Positions 1 to 8,135 of a stretch of 24,438 nucleotides of DNA are shown piece by piece. Position 1 is the stretch's first letter. Each line of letters begins with the position of its first letter. The translations under genes were made by a program, and so were the position numbers. The notes below the pieces were generated by a model. It did no database searches, had not been told where the DNA came from, and saw only the letters and a program-made list of their open reading frames with translations. The stretch comes from a virus. Its lineage: Duplodnaviria; Caudoviricetes. The stretch is taken from IMG/VR virus record IMGVR_UViG_3300033559_000206, positions 1 through 24,438 of that record; one strand, written 5' to 3'.

Positions 1-42
1 AAACATTTCTTTTTAGTCGTTAAAGGCTTTTTTACCAACTTC

Positions 43-1758
43 TCAAGCTGTCTTTATTCCTTCTTTAAATCCTTTCCAAATATTTGAAATTCTTACAAGC
101 CAAGTGCCGATATTTTGTATTGTTTTAAGCAATCCGATTTTGTCCAACTTCTCTTCCATTTCAATAGAAATCATAAAGTTATCGTTATCAAAACCGTTTT
201 TTATAAGCTCTTTAACACCTGAAATCAAACCACCTAATTTTTCTAAAAATCCTACTATACCACCTTTGTGACCGAGTTCCCCGAGAGGCATATTATATGT
301 GGCAATTGATTCATTATGAGCTTTTTTCAATAAAATGAATGTACCGATTAATGCTGCACCAATAGCAATAAAGGGAAGTAAAGGTGCAATGGCAGCCCAT
401 ATAGCTGGCATTAAAGAATAAAATGCAAATTTTAATGCACCTATTGCAGCCGCAGCCCCACCCGCCACAACAAGCAATGCACCTAAAGAAGCTACTATAA
501 TAGCAATTGCATGACCAACGGGAGTTTCAATAAATAACGTCAGTTTGTCCATCCAACGTGTAAACATTTGAGTTACATTTCTTAGTACAGGTGTTAATTT
601 ACTTCCCAAAATAATATTGAAAGATTCTACTCTTGAAGTTAAAGAATCATAATCACCTTTTAAGTTATCTACCATTTTTTGAGCCATTTCAAAGGCAGCA
701 CCCATGCCACCAGCAGCTTCCGAAGCTCTTTCATTTTCTTTTGTGAAATATTGTAAAACTTCCGCACCCTTCAGTAAAACTTTCTGACCATCTATCATTA
801 CTTCTTTTGAACCATTCATTAAAGCGGTAATTTCTTGAAAACTTTGCGCACCGAAAAGACCTGAAATTGCAGCAGCTTTTTGTTCCTGAGTATAACTTGC
901 GGTAGCTTTTTCTAATTGTGCCACTAAATCAATTAAACCAATAAAATTACCACTACTATCAAATACTTGCAAATTAAGCTCTTCCATTACCTTTTTCATT
1001 TGATTAGTAGGTTTCGCAAGATTTGTCAAAGATGTAGATAGAGCAGCAGTAGCGTTACCTCCTTGTAAACCGAAATTAGATAAGGATTCAATAACAGCAA
1101 CAGCCTCTTCCAAAGGAACTCCCAAAGATGAAGCAGTTGTACCTAAATATTTCATGGCATCTGCAATGTTATCTACTCCGGTATTTGAGGAGTTTGCAGC
1201 TTGCGCAAGTACATCAGCCATGTGTCCGGCTTCAGCAGCTTTTAATCCGAACTGTGATAATATGCTTGAAGCAATATCGGCACTTTGTCCCAAACCGAGA
1301 CCTGATGCTGCGGCAAGATTCATAACTCCGGGTAAAGATGCAACTACTTGTTCTACATTAAAACCAGCCATTGCAAGATATGTTTGAGCCTCAGCCGCTT
1401 CCGTTGCAGTAAATTTCATTTCAGCCCCTAAGCGTATAGCTTCTTTTGATAGTCTTTTCATTTCATCCGCAGTAGCACCTGAAACCGCACCAACGCCGCT
1501 CATTGCAGCCTCAAATTCCATTGATTGCCCTATTGCCAATGCAAAAGGTGCAATGAGAGCAGCACCTACAGCCATTGTTTGAAATCCGCTTGCCATAAGA
1601 TTCATACTGCTTTCTATATCAGCGGCATGTCTTTCTGTGAAATCAGAAAGTTCACCCATTCCTTTTTGTATTTTATCAGCGGTATTTGTAAAATTATCTT
1701 GTAACGAAAATGCCACGCCCATTCCCAAACCGCCGCCGCTAAATGTGCCTATTGCCAT
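43..1758 (-). CDS. Tail tape measure protein (TP901-type core), probably prematurely truncated
   Basis: Ala/Gly-rich helical protein with TMP core motifs (FEAAMSGVGAVSGA, FTATEAAEAQTYLAMAGF, ADVLAQAANSSNT, DNLKGD) and hydrophobic segments; downstream of sheath/tube/chaperone. Ends at a TGA where the 11-aa Trp periodicity predicts W. Confidence 0.93.
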   Translation of the reverse strand: MAIGTFSGGGLGMGVAFSLQDNFTNTADKIQKGMGELSDFTERHAADIESSMNLMASGFQTMAVGAALIAPFALAIGQSMEFEAAMSGVGAVSGATADEMKRLSKEAIRLGAEMKFTATEAAEAQTYLAMAGFNVEQVVASLPGVMNLAAASGLGLGQSADIASSILSQFGLKAAEAGHMADVLAQAANSSNTGVDNIADAMKYLGTTASSLGVPLEEAVAVIESLSNFGLQGGNATAALSTSLTNLAKPTNQMKKVMEELNLQVFDSSGNFIGLIDLVAQLEKATASYTQEQKAAAISGLFGAQSFQEITALMNGSKEVMIDGQKVLLKGAEVLQYFTKENERASEAAGGMGAAFEMAQKMVDNLKGDYDSLTSRVESFNIILGSKLTPVLRNVTQMFTRWMDKLTLFIETPVGHAIAIIVASLGALLVVAGGAAAAIGALKFAFYSLMPAIWAAIAPLLPFIAIGAALIGTFILLKKAHNESIATYNMPLGELGHKGGIVGFLEKLGGLISGVKELIKNGFDNDNFMISIEMEEKLDKIGLLKTIQNIGTWLVRISNIWKGFKEGIKTA

Positions 1759-1800
1759 AATTTTAATGTGTTAAATATTAAGCAATTAGTATATTTTTAA

Positions 1801-1850
1801 AAAATAATTGTTAAATATTTTTGTTTTTTACAATTATTGTATTATTTTTG
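1801..1850 (+). promoter_or_regulatory. Bacteroidota-type primary-sigma promoter with upstream AAAATAATTGTTAAA box
   Basis: TTTG 1820-1823, 19-nt spacer, TAttTTTG 1843-1850; box at 1801-1815 is shared with promoters at 4268 and 13762. Confidence 0.75.
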
Positions 1851-1898
1851 TGTTTTATTTATGTAGGATTTTAATTTTTGAACTAAATTCTTGGTGTT

Positions 1899-1985
1899 AT
1901 GAAAAAAATATTTATATTGACTATTATTTTTTGTTTTGTGTTTTTTCTTCTTATTATGATGCTTACTATTCGTATGCTAAGATAA
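1899..1985 (+). CDS. 28-aa single-pass hydrophobic peptide (MKKIFILTIIFCFVFFLLIMMLTIRMLR)
   Basis: Manually translated; lies between the promoter at 1801-1850 and the terminator at 2010-2040; below the ORF-track length cutoff. Confidence 0.5.
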   Translation: MKKIFILTIIFCFVFFLLIMMLTIRMLR

Positions 1986-2009
1986 AAGAAATTGAATTTT
2001 GTAACCGTT

Positions 2010-2040
2010 AAAAGCCCTGTTTTTACTTTCAGGGCTTTTT
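2010..2040. terminator. Intrinsic terminator, likely bidirectional
   Basis: AAAAGCCCTG-loop-CAGGGCTTTTT perfect stem with A and T tails. Confidence 0.8.
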
Positions 2041-2044
2041 AAAT

Positions 2045-2335
2045 ATGATAAAAATGATTTATAAAGCTATTTACAGCCCGATAAAAGATAGTAAAAAATA
2101 TGATAGGTATAATCTATACAAAAATAATAATCTTTTATTTTTGGGTGTTACAAGTGAATTTTGCATGGTATATTTTTTCAATAATGCAAAACATGAGGAT
2201 TGTTATGTAGAACAATATAAAGATAAAAGAACGGTGTTATTAAGAAAATCCGATATTGAAAAAATATTGAATGATATTTGCGAAGTTTGCGGATTTTGTA
2301 ATTCAACTATTATCGAGGGTTGTAAACCTCCATAA
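2045..2335 (+). CDS. Hypothetical protein with C-terminal Cys cluster (CEVCGFC)
   Basis: 96-aa ORF, ATG in A-rich context; 3' end overlaps convergently with the minus-strand ORF ending at 2310. Confidence 0.55.
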   Translation: MIKMIYKAIYSPIKDSKKYDRYNLYKNNNLLFLGVTSEFCMVYFFNNAKHEDCYVEQYKDKRTVLLRKSDIEKILNDICEVCGFCNSTIIEGCKPP

Positions 2336-3176
2336 ATGCTCTTACACTCGCTTTTAAAGACTTCATTAACAAATCATCTGCTAAAATCAATATTCTATTT
2401 ACTTTGTCATTTGATTTTTTATCCCTCAAAATGTCCAAAGAACCTATTTGCCCATCAATATAAATATCGTTGTTATACTGCCTGTTTACTTGTTTGAAAT
2501 CATCTGAAAGTTTGCAGCTTAATTCAACATCAAGCCGAAACTTTGCAAACATTCCTAATAATGATTTTTCTTCTAAATTTTCCCCTAATATTAATTTGTT
2601 TGCAGTATTAATGATAAAAGTAGCTAACTTTGTCATTAATATAAACTTAGCGTGTAAAAAAGTATAGAATAAATCAGCATCTTTATACTTGTCAATTTCG
2701 GTATTATATACTTTAATTAGTGTATCATAAGTCTTACTTAATTTTTCGTAAGGTTTTTTAATTGCCATGTTATCAATTGTAAGACTATTTACCGCACTAT
2801 TCAATTTTGTAATTTCTTCATTTGTAAATTTCTGTAAATTAGATAGATTGCTATTTATTTTTTCTTGTTCTTCTATAAATCTGCTTGTTAAAGTATCCAT
2901 TTGTTCCATAACTTTTACAAGACCTTTGCCCATGATTGCTTGAGCGGTTTCCGCTTTGTCTTGAATTTGTTTTGCTTGCCTTCCAAAAGACTTTGCAACG
3001 TTCCCTATTTCAGTATATTGATTGATAATGTACTCAGCCTCACTTCTGAAATAATCCATTTCGGCACTATTCATTTTTAGTTCACCGTCATGCTTTCTTA
3101 CGTACACTATTAGATAATAAAGTACCGCACAAAAAACAAGAATGAGTGATATAATGAAGTAGCCTTCGTATTCCAT
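2310..3176 (-). CDS. Membrane-anchored coiled-coil hypothetical protein
   Basis: Start reassigned to ATG 3176 (MEYEGY) because the longer start overlaps the chaperone extension; N-terminal TM helix followed by a long predicted coiled coil. Confidence 0.75.
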   Translation of the reverse strand: MEYEGYFIISLILVFCAVLYYLIVYVRKHDGELKMNSAEMDYFRSEAEYIINQYTEIGNVAKSFGRQAKQIQDKAETAQAIMGKGLVKVMEQMDTLTSRFIEEQEKINSNLSNLQKFTNEEITKLNSAVNSLTIDNMAIKKPYEKLSKTYDTLIKVYNTEIDKYKDADLFYTFLHAKFILMTKLATFIINTANKLILGENLEEKSLLGMFAKFRLDVELSCKLSDDFKQVNRQYNNDIYIDGQIGSLDILRDKKSNDKVNRILILADDLLMKSLKASVRAFMEVYNPR

Positions 3177-3213
3177 GATATTAAATATTAATGAAGTAAG
3201 AGAAATTAATCCC

Positions 3214-3465
3214 TTACTTTTTGTGAGGTTTTTTGATGCTGTCAATATTCTTTTTTGTCTTGTCTTGATGCTGCTTCATTGCTTCATAAAAACGGTGTAT
3301 TCTATCAAGTTCTAAATTGTAAAACTCTTCAATACCAATAATATAACCGCCCATGACTAAATAGAAGTGAATAGCATCAAGGTCTTCCGGCACAAATACA
3401 TCTTTATAAATGTTGCCTTCCTCATCGGTTACTGTGCCTAAATCTTGCCCGATGGGAAGTAAAAA
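3214..3465 (-). CDS. Probable -1 frameshift extension of the tail assembly chaperone (lambda gpGT-like)
   Basis: The -1 frame is open across the chaperone stop: ...FLLPIGQDLGTVTDEEGNIYKDVFVPEDLDAIHFYLVMGGYIIGIEEFYNLELDRIHRFYEAMKQHQDKTKKNIDSIKKPHKK*; T5 run at 3461-3465; canonical position between tube and TMP. Confidence 0.65.
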   Translation of the reverse strand, partial: FLLPIGQDLGTVTDEEGNIYKDVFVPEDLDAIHFYLVMGGYIIGIEEFYNLELDRIHRFYEAMKQHQDKTKKNIDSIKKPHKK

Positions 3466-4205
3466 GTTGTAACCGTCAGTAAATCTATTGTTTGGTCTTC
3501 TCCGGTGTCTGGGTGTGAATACATATATTCACTATCTACTCTGCCTTCAATTTCGTAAATATATTCCCTTAAATATTCAATATCAATAAAAGAAAGATTG
3601 TCAAGTTTTGCGGTATCAATTTTAATCGGTAAATCATTTCCTTTGCTGTCCTTTTTAATTTCTACCGGAAAACGCATTTCAATTGCAGTGTGAGAACTTC
3701 TTTTGTTTTTTGCTAATTTTGTAGCCCAAGCCTCGCCCAGACCATCTAACATATACCACCGTACTTTCATTCCGCTTTCCGGCAAGATACATTCAAAATC
3801 TTTTTTAATTTCGGAAAGTTCTTTGTAATCCGCTTCTACTAATATATCACCAACTAACATTTTTGGTTTTGTTACCGGAAAACCACCGAGCTCATCTAAA
3901 TTAAGTTCTTCCGGCACAATTTGTTTTTTGCCACTTTCAGTTTTGTACGTGATATTGAACCGCATTATCGGATTGTTATTCAGGGCATATTGACGTGCCA
4001 AAATGAGTGCCATTTTCCTATCAGGTGCAATCATTTTTTGCACCTTGTCAGCAGTAATATTGGTATCTGAACCGAGCCGCACAATAAAAGAAGCTATAAA
4101 TTCATTGCTATTGCTTCCTTTTTCAGTAAGTAACCTTTGATGTTTTCCGGTTAATTTTTGGTATTCAATTTCTACTCCCGAAGGTAAAATTCCTACTTTT
4201 GTCAT
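3438..4205 (-). CDS. Tail assembly chaperone
   Basis: Position between tail tube and TMP; internal duplicated motif (ILPSGVEIEYQKLTG / ILPESGMKVRWYMLDG); ends in TTFYFP before an overlapping -1 frame. Confidence 0.7.
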   Translation of the reverse strand: MTKVGILPSGVEIEYQKLTGKHQRLLTEKGSNSNEFIASFIVRLGSDTNITADKVQKMIAPDRKMALILARQYALNNNPIMRFNITYKTESGKKQIVPEELNLDELGGFPVTKPKMLVGDILVEADYKELSEIKKDFECILPESGMKVRWYMLDGLGEAWATKLAKNKRSSHTAIEMRFPVEIKKDSKGNDLPIKIDTAKLDNLSFIDIEYLREYIYEIEGRVDSEYMYSHPDTGEDQTIDLLTVTTFYFPSGKI

Positions 4206-4267
4206 TTTTTAGTGTGGTATTAAAATGTTAATATTAAGTTAGTTAAAAAATATTTAAAAATTTTTAA

Positions 4268-4316
4268 AAAATAATTGTTAAAAAGTTTTTTTATTTGAAA
4301 ATTGTTTGTAAATTTG
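4268..4316 (+). promoter_or_regulatory. Bacteroidota-type promoter with AAAATAATTGTTAAA box
   Basis: Box 4268-4282; TAaaTTTG 4309-4316, 32 nt before ATG 4349; -33 element weak. Confidence 0.75.
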
Positions 4317-4326
4317 CGTTGTATTA

Positions 4327-4358
4327 GAAACACTTTAAATAAAACATTATGCAAGACT
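4327..4358 (+). repeat. 32-bp perfect direct repeat, copy 1 (GAAACACTTTAAATAAAACATTATGCAAGACT)
   Basis: Identical to 5144-5175; contains the translation initiation region and first codons of the LRR gene. Confidence 0.97.
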
Positions 4359-5155
4359 CAAAACAATTTCACAATTTTCTTATTGATTATGAAAATAAAG
4401 AAGTCCGTTTTATTTGGTTTACAGAAAAACAGTTGATTTTAGTCTGTAAGTTTGAAAAAATCAGTTTAACAACAAATGAAAATTATGTGGCTGAGAAAGC
4501 TAATAATGACGTTGTTATAACGGAAGATAAATTTTATTGCTCAAATATTTCAAATGTTGATGATAATTTTCTTTGTTATGATATTATTTTAAAAGAGGTT
4601 GAACTTCCAAATGCAGTAATAATAGGAAAAAATTTTATCTCAAGTAACATGATTTTAGATAAAATCAAACTCCCAAATGTAAAACTGATTGGAGATAGTT
4701 TTCTTTCTTGTAATAATAGTTTAAAAGAAATCAAACTCCCAAAAACGACATTAATCGGAAATGATTTTCTTTCTTGTAATAACAGCTTAAAAGAAATCAA
4801 ACTTCCAAATGTAAACCTAATTGGCGATAGTTTTCTTATGAGTAACACCATTTTAGAAAAAATTGAACTTCCTAATTTAGTTGAGCTGTATAATGAATTT
4901 CTTTATTTTAATGAAATACTGAAAGAAATTAAATTGCCTAATTTACAGGAAGTTGGTGATGACTTTTTATTTTATAATAGTAAATTAGAAAATATTGAAC
5001 TCCCTAAGTTACAAGAGGCTGGTGCGGATTTTCTTTATTTTAATGAAACTTTAAAAGAAATTAAAACACCTAATTTAGAAACGGTCGGTTTTAATTTTTT
5101 GTACTCTAATAAAAACATAAAAGTTAAATCAAAAGTTTATTTTGAAACACTTTAA
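4349..5155 (+). CDS. Leucine-rich repeat protein (TpLRR/BspA-like, 22-aa repeats)
   Basis: Eight tandem LxxIxLPNxxxIGxxFLxxNxx repeats; no signal peptide evident. Confidence 0.9.
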   Translation: MQDSKQFHNFLIDYENKEVRFIWFTEKQLILVCKFEKISLTTNENYVAEKANNDVVITEDKFYCSNISNVDDNFLCYDIILKEVELPNAVIIGKNFISSNMILDKIKLPNVKLIGDSFLSCNNSLKEIKLPKTTLIGNDFLSCNNSLKEIKLPNVNLIGDSFLMSNTILEKIELPNLVELYNEFLYFNEILKEIKLPNLQEVGDDFLFYNSKLENIELPKLQEAGADFLYFNETLKEIKTPNLETVGFNFLYSNKNIKVKSKVYFETL

Positions 5156-5175
5156 ATAAAACATTATGCAAGACT
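5144..5175 (+). repeat. 32-bp perfect direct repeat, copy 2
   Basis: Identical to 4327-4358; provides the LRR stop (TAA 5153-5155) and the start of ORF 5166. Confidence 0.97.
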
Positions 5176-5426
5176 ATTGGATTTTTGATTGTTTCACAAC
5201 AGGGGAACATAATATGAACGAAAAAATAATTGTTACTGCAAAAAGCGGTAAAAAAGCCCTTGAAATTTACATGAAACAAAAAGGCGTTACTGAAAAATTC
5301 AAAAGGGACACCGGAAACAAACCGCAAGTTAAAGTAACACCTGTGGTTATTGTAAAGGGTGAAGTTTTAATTGATAGGAGTAATTGCCAACGTGCATATT
5401 GGTATTCCGCAGTAACAAATGATTGA
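5166..5426 (+). CDS. Hypothetical protein
   Basis: 86-aa ORF sharing its initiation region and MQD start with the LRR gene; followed by a terminator. Confidence 0.75.
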   Translation: MQDYWIFDCFTTGEHNMNEKIIVTAKSGKKALEIYMKQKGVTEKFKRDTGNKPQVKVTPVVIVKGEVLIDRSNCQRAYWYSAVTND

Positions 5427-5433
5427 AATATTC

Positions 5434-5464
5434 AAAAAAGGGTAGCATAAAACTACCCTTTTTT
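5434..5464. terminator. Bidirectional intrinsic terminator
   Basis: AAAAAAGGGTAG-CATAAAA-CTACCCTTTTTT between the convergent ORF 5166 and the tail tube gene. Confidence 0.9.
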
Positions 5465-5482
5465 ATTTGAAACACCCCCTTT

Positions 5483-5914
5483 TTAAAATTTGTTTACTTT
5501 GTCCACTGATATTTCTAATGTTTCCAACGAGTTATCCTCGCTCATTCTATCAAGGTCTGTTTGTGAAATATTAACCGGAAAACAACCTTCTAATACCCAT
5601 GTATTTATAGTTGTAATACCGTCAGTACCAAGCTCTTTCACAATTAAAGTTCTTTTGTAAGCTTCCGGCAAGCCATAAATACAAGCTTGTAACCATTCAA
5701 ACGTAAATAAATCTGCACCATTGATAGGTTTTAATTTTTCAATTGTTGCATTGCCGTAAAATGGTTTGCCTGCGGTTTTTATATTTGCGTCATAACCACC
5801 ATGTTCTATAACTCCAACGCCATGCTCAGGTGGCGTAAATTTCTGAATAGCAATTTGGTCTATACCATCAATTTCTACTCGAAATCTGTATGCTCTTAAA
5901 GGATTAAATGGCAT
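5483..5914 (-). CDS. Tail tube protein (T4 gp19-like)
   Basis: NPLRAYRFRVEIDG, WVLEGCFP and ETLEISVD motifs; directly after the sheath. Confidence 0.92.
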   Translation of the reverse strand: MPFNPLRAYRFRVEIDGIDQIAIQKFTPPEHGVGVIEHGGYDANIKTAGKPFYGNATIEKLKPINGADLFTFEWLQACIYGLPEAYKRTLIVKELGTDGITTINTWVLEGCFPVNISQTDLDRMSEDNSLETLEISVDKVNKF

Positions 5915-5935
5915 AATATTTTAGTTTTTAATGTT

Positions 5936-7483
5936 TTACAATACTTCAAGGGTAGCCGAAACTTCGGTGCTTACAACGTTAAATGTAATTGATATGTATT
6001 TTAAAGCAACAATTGGTGCAAATGTAATTCTAAATGAATATTCGCCGTTATCTACATCTGTAAGGTCATTATAAACAGCGTCTTCAATTTTATCTACATT
6101 TTGGTCGCCTTCATAAAGATAATTAGGTCGGATTGCTCTGCCTGTTACCAATGATTGTAAGAACGGATTTACTCTTCTCCAAATAGCATTCCATTCCTGA
6201 ACATCATTTGGCTCAAATTGTGAAGGTTTTGCAAGTGCAATAATTGTACGAGTCATGTGGACAATTAACTCACTTACATTTTCATTTGAAAGTAAATCTT
6301 CAGTCATCTGAAGCGTTCTATTATCAAAAGGCACAACACCAAAGTCAGGGTCATTTACAACTGCACAAATTCCGGCATCAGATAAATCATCCCATTCCGA
6401 TTTTTTGGAATTTGCTGCTAAATTGTAATAAACTCCGGTGGCATCTGTAATAGGAAATTTTGAACCGGAACTTGAAAACCATTGTCCGAGATTGTTATCA
6501 CGTTTTGCCTTCAACCCTAATATATCACCTATTGCACTAATATTAACATTTTGTTTTGTAACCGGATGGACAATAGTTTGAAGTTCACCATAATACATGG
6601 AACATAAATGATTATTCAATTTTGTGCCTGTTGAATAACTACCTTCGCATTTACGATAATCTTTTGCTACATTGCCGGAAATTCCGGTGGGGGTTCTTAA
6701 AATAGCCCGATATGTAGGCATTTCAGTATTGCAAACAGCCTGTAAAGCTACATCAATAGCATTTGAGGCTTTGTGAGGTACTGAAATTCGCACAAAATTA
6801 GTTTCGTTTAAAAGAGCGTGAATACCTGTACCAGCTTCACTATCACCTACATAATCAGCATCTACAATTGCCGATGCTTCGTAATTACCTCCAGCCAAAG
6901 CACCACTCACAGGAGTAGGAGAAGCCGGTAAAACAATTGTGCCTGCTGCAATTTTAACCTCAGGGCTTAATGAATTGAATTTATCCGCAAGAGTTTGAGT
7001 AACAACTGAAGGTATATTTCGGTATTCAAAATCTTTCATTCCTGAAATTTGCACCAAAATATCAAATTGTGCTGCTACCCCATTTGCTGCGGTTGAGACT
7101 TTAATCAAAGAAGTAAAATCACCAACCGACCTTGCGGTAAAAGCTACACCAGCCAAAGTTACCGTTCCTTTTGTCGAAGCTCCTGTTGTGTTATCGGTAG
7201 GGTCAGTATAATGCTCTGCTCTTGTTACAAGTAAAGGAGAGCCTTGATTTAATGCCCTGTAACACAATACAGGAAAATCGGTTGCAAAATAATCTTTCCA
7301 ATTTTCAGGAAAACCTCCTAAGTATTTTTCAAATTCCTGCCAATTTCTAATTAAGTAAGTTTTGCCGATTTCTCCACGTTCAGTTTCCCCGATAACAGCC
7401 GCAACACCAACTAATTGTGTTGCTTTTGAAGGAGTAAGAACATTAACATCAACCTCTACTCTTGGTCTGCCTGTTAGTCCCAT
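5936..7483 (-). CDS. Contractile tail sheath protein
   Basis: PRVEV...AAVIGETERG N-terminus; DNRTL, FEPND...W, DVDNGE...FAPIVALKYISITF C-terminus. Confidence 0.93.
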   Translation of the reverse strand: MGLTGRPRVEVDVNVLTPSKATQLVGVAAVIGETERGEIGKTYLIRNWQEFEKYLGGFPENWKDYFATDFPVLCYRALNQGSPLLVTRAEHYTDPTDNTTGASTKGTVTLAGVAFTARSVGDFTSLIKVSTAANGVAAQFDILVQISGMKDFEYRNIPSVVTQTLADKFNSLSPEVKIAAGTIVLPASPTPVSGALAGGNYEASAIVDADYVGDSEAGTGIHALLNETNFVRISVPHKASNAIDVALQAVCNTEMPTYRAILRTPTGISGNVAKDYRKCEGSYSTGTKLNNHLCSMYYGELQTIVHPVTKQNVNISAIGDILGLKAKRDNNLGQWFSSSGSKFPITDATGVYYNLAANSKKSEWDDLSDAGICAVVNDPDFGVVPFDNRTLQMTEDLLSNENVSELIVHMTRTIIALAKPSQFEPNDVQEWNAIWRRVNPFLQSLVTGRAIRPNYLYEGDQNVDKIEDAVYNDLTDVDNGEYSFRITFAPIVALKYISITFNVVSTEVSATLEVL

Positions 7484-7514
7484 TTTTTAAATATTTTATG
7501 TGTTATTTATAAAT

Positions 7515-8135
7515 TTATATCGTTGATATTGAAAAGGTTATTGTTTGAAGTTCTGCTACGCTGTCCAAATCCTCAAAATCATCTAACCAAATATCTTTAA
7601 TCAAATAATTATTAATAATTTCGTGAGCTTCCTTCAACATAGAAACCGTTACTGCACCTGTAAATCGTAAAGGAATTTCCTCGTTAATTTCTTGTCCGGC
7701 ATCGTTAATCGGTTTAATCGTTGCCATGTTTCTTAGGGCAGTTCTTACAATTGATTGTAATATTCTTTCATATTCAGTCTTTGCAGAAATACATCTGACT
7801 TCAAAAGGTACATTATAAGTTGATGGTGCATACAATTGTTTTGAGTATCTATTTTGCCCTTCAATTGTAATTGGTTGATATTCGTTTATTCCAAATGCAC
7901 CAATTGAACCTTCGGAATATGATTTTCTTACTACGGTTATTCTATTAATTCCGATGCCTCCTTTTGAATACGAAGAGCCTTGTCCGAATACATCTACTAC
8001 AATTGTTAATGCTTTCCTTGCTGCTTCATAAGCCGCTGCTGTTGTATAGCTTGTAATATCAGGAAGATAACCTCTTAAAACAGCTTCTTTACGGACAGCC
8101 TCAAATAATGCCCTGTCAAGTTCCCTTAGCTTCAT
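7515..8135 (-). CDS. Putative tail terminator/completion protein
   Basis: Synteny immediately before the sheath; ATGA overlap with the upstream gene. Confidence 0.6.
   Translation of the reverse strand: MKLRELDRALFEAVRKEAVLRGYLPDITSYTTAAAYEAARKALTIVVDVFGQGSSYSKGGIGINRITVVRKSYSEGSIGAFGINEYQPITIEGQNRYSKQLYAPSTYNVPFEVRCISAKTEYERILQSIVRTALRNMATIKPINDAGQEINEEIPLRFTGAVTVSMLKEAHEIINNYLIKDIWLDDFEDLDSVAELQTITFSISTI

Noticed and set aside
43-45. TGA-to-Trp recoding
   Set aside because: TGA is a real stop elsewhere (ATGA overlap at 8132-8135; 5424-5426 before a terminator), Trp is encoded by TGG in the genes, and a TAA follows in frame.
1808-2011. 67-aa plus-strand ORF from the track
   Set aside because: TTG start lies inside the promoter; the 28-aa ATG ORF in another frame fits the transcription unit better.
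4580-5110. Diversity-generating retroelement TR/VR pair in the LRR repeats
   Set aside because: Repeats are tandem coding units with differences not confined to adenines; no reverse transcriptase in the window.
4327-5175. CRISPR array or IS target-site duplication
   Set aside because: Only two copies 817 bp apart enclosing a gene; no transposase, terminal inverted repeats or cas genes.
5483-7483. Bacterial eCIS/T6SS/tailocin locus
   Set aside because: Capsid, protease and neck genes are linked, so this is a phage virion module.
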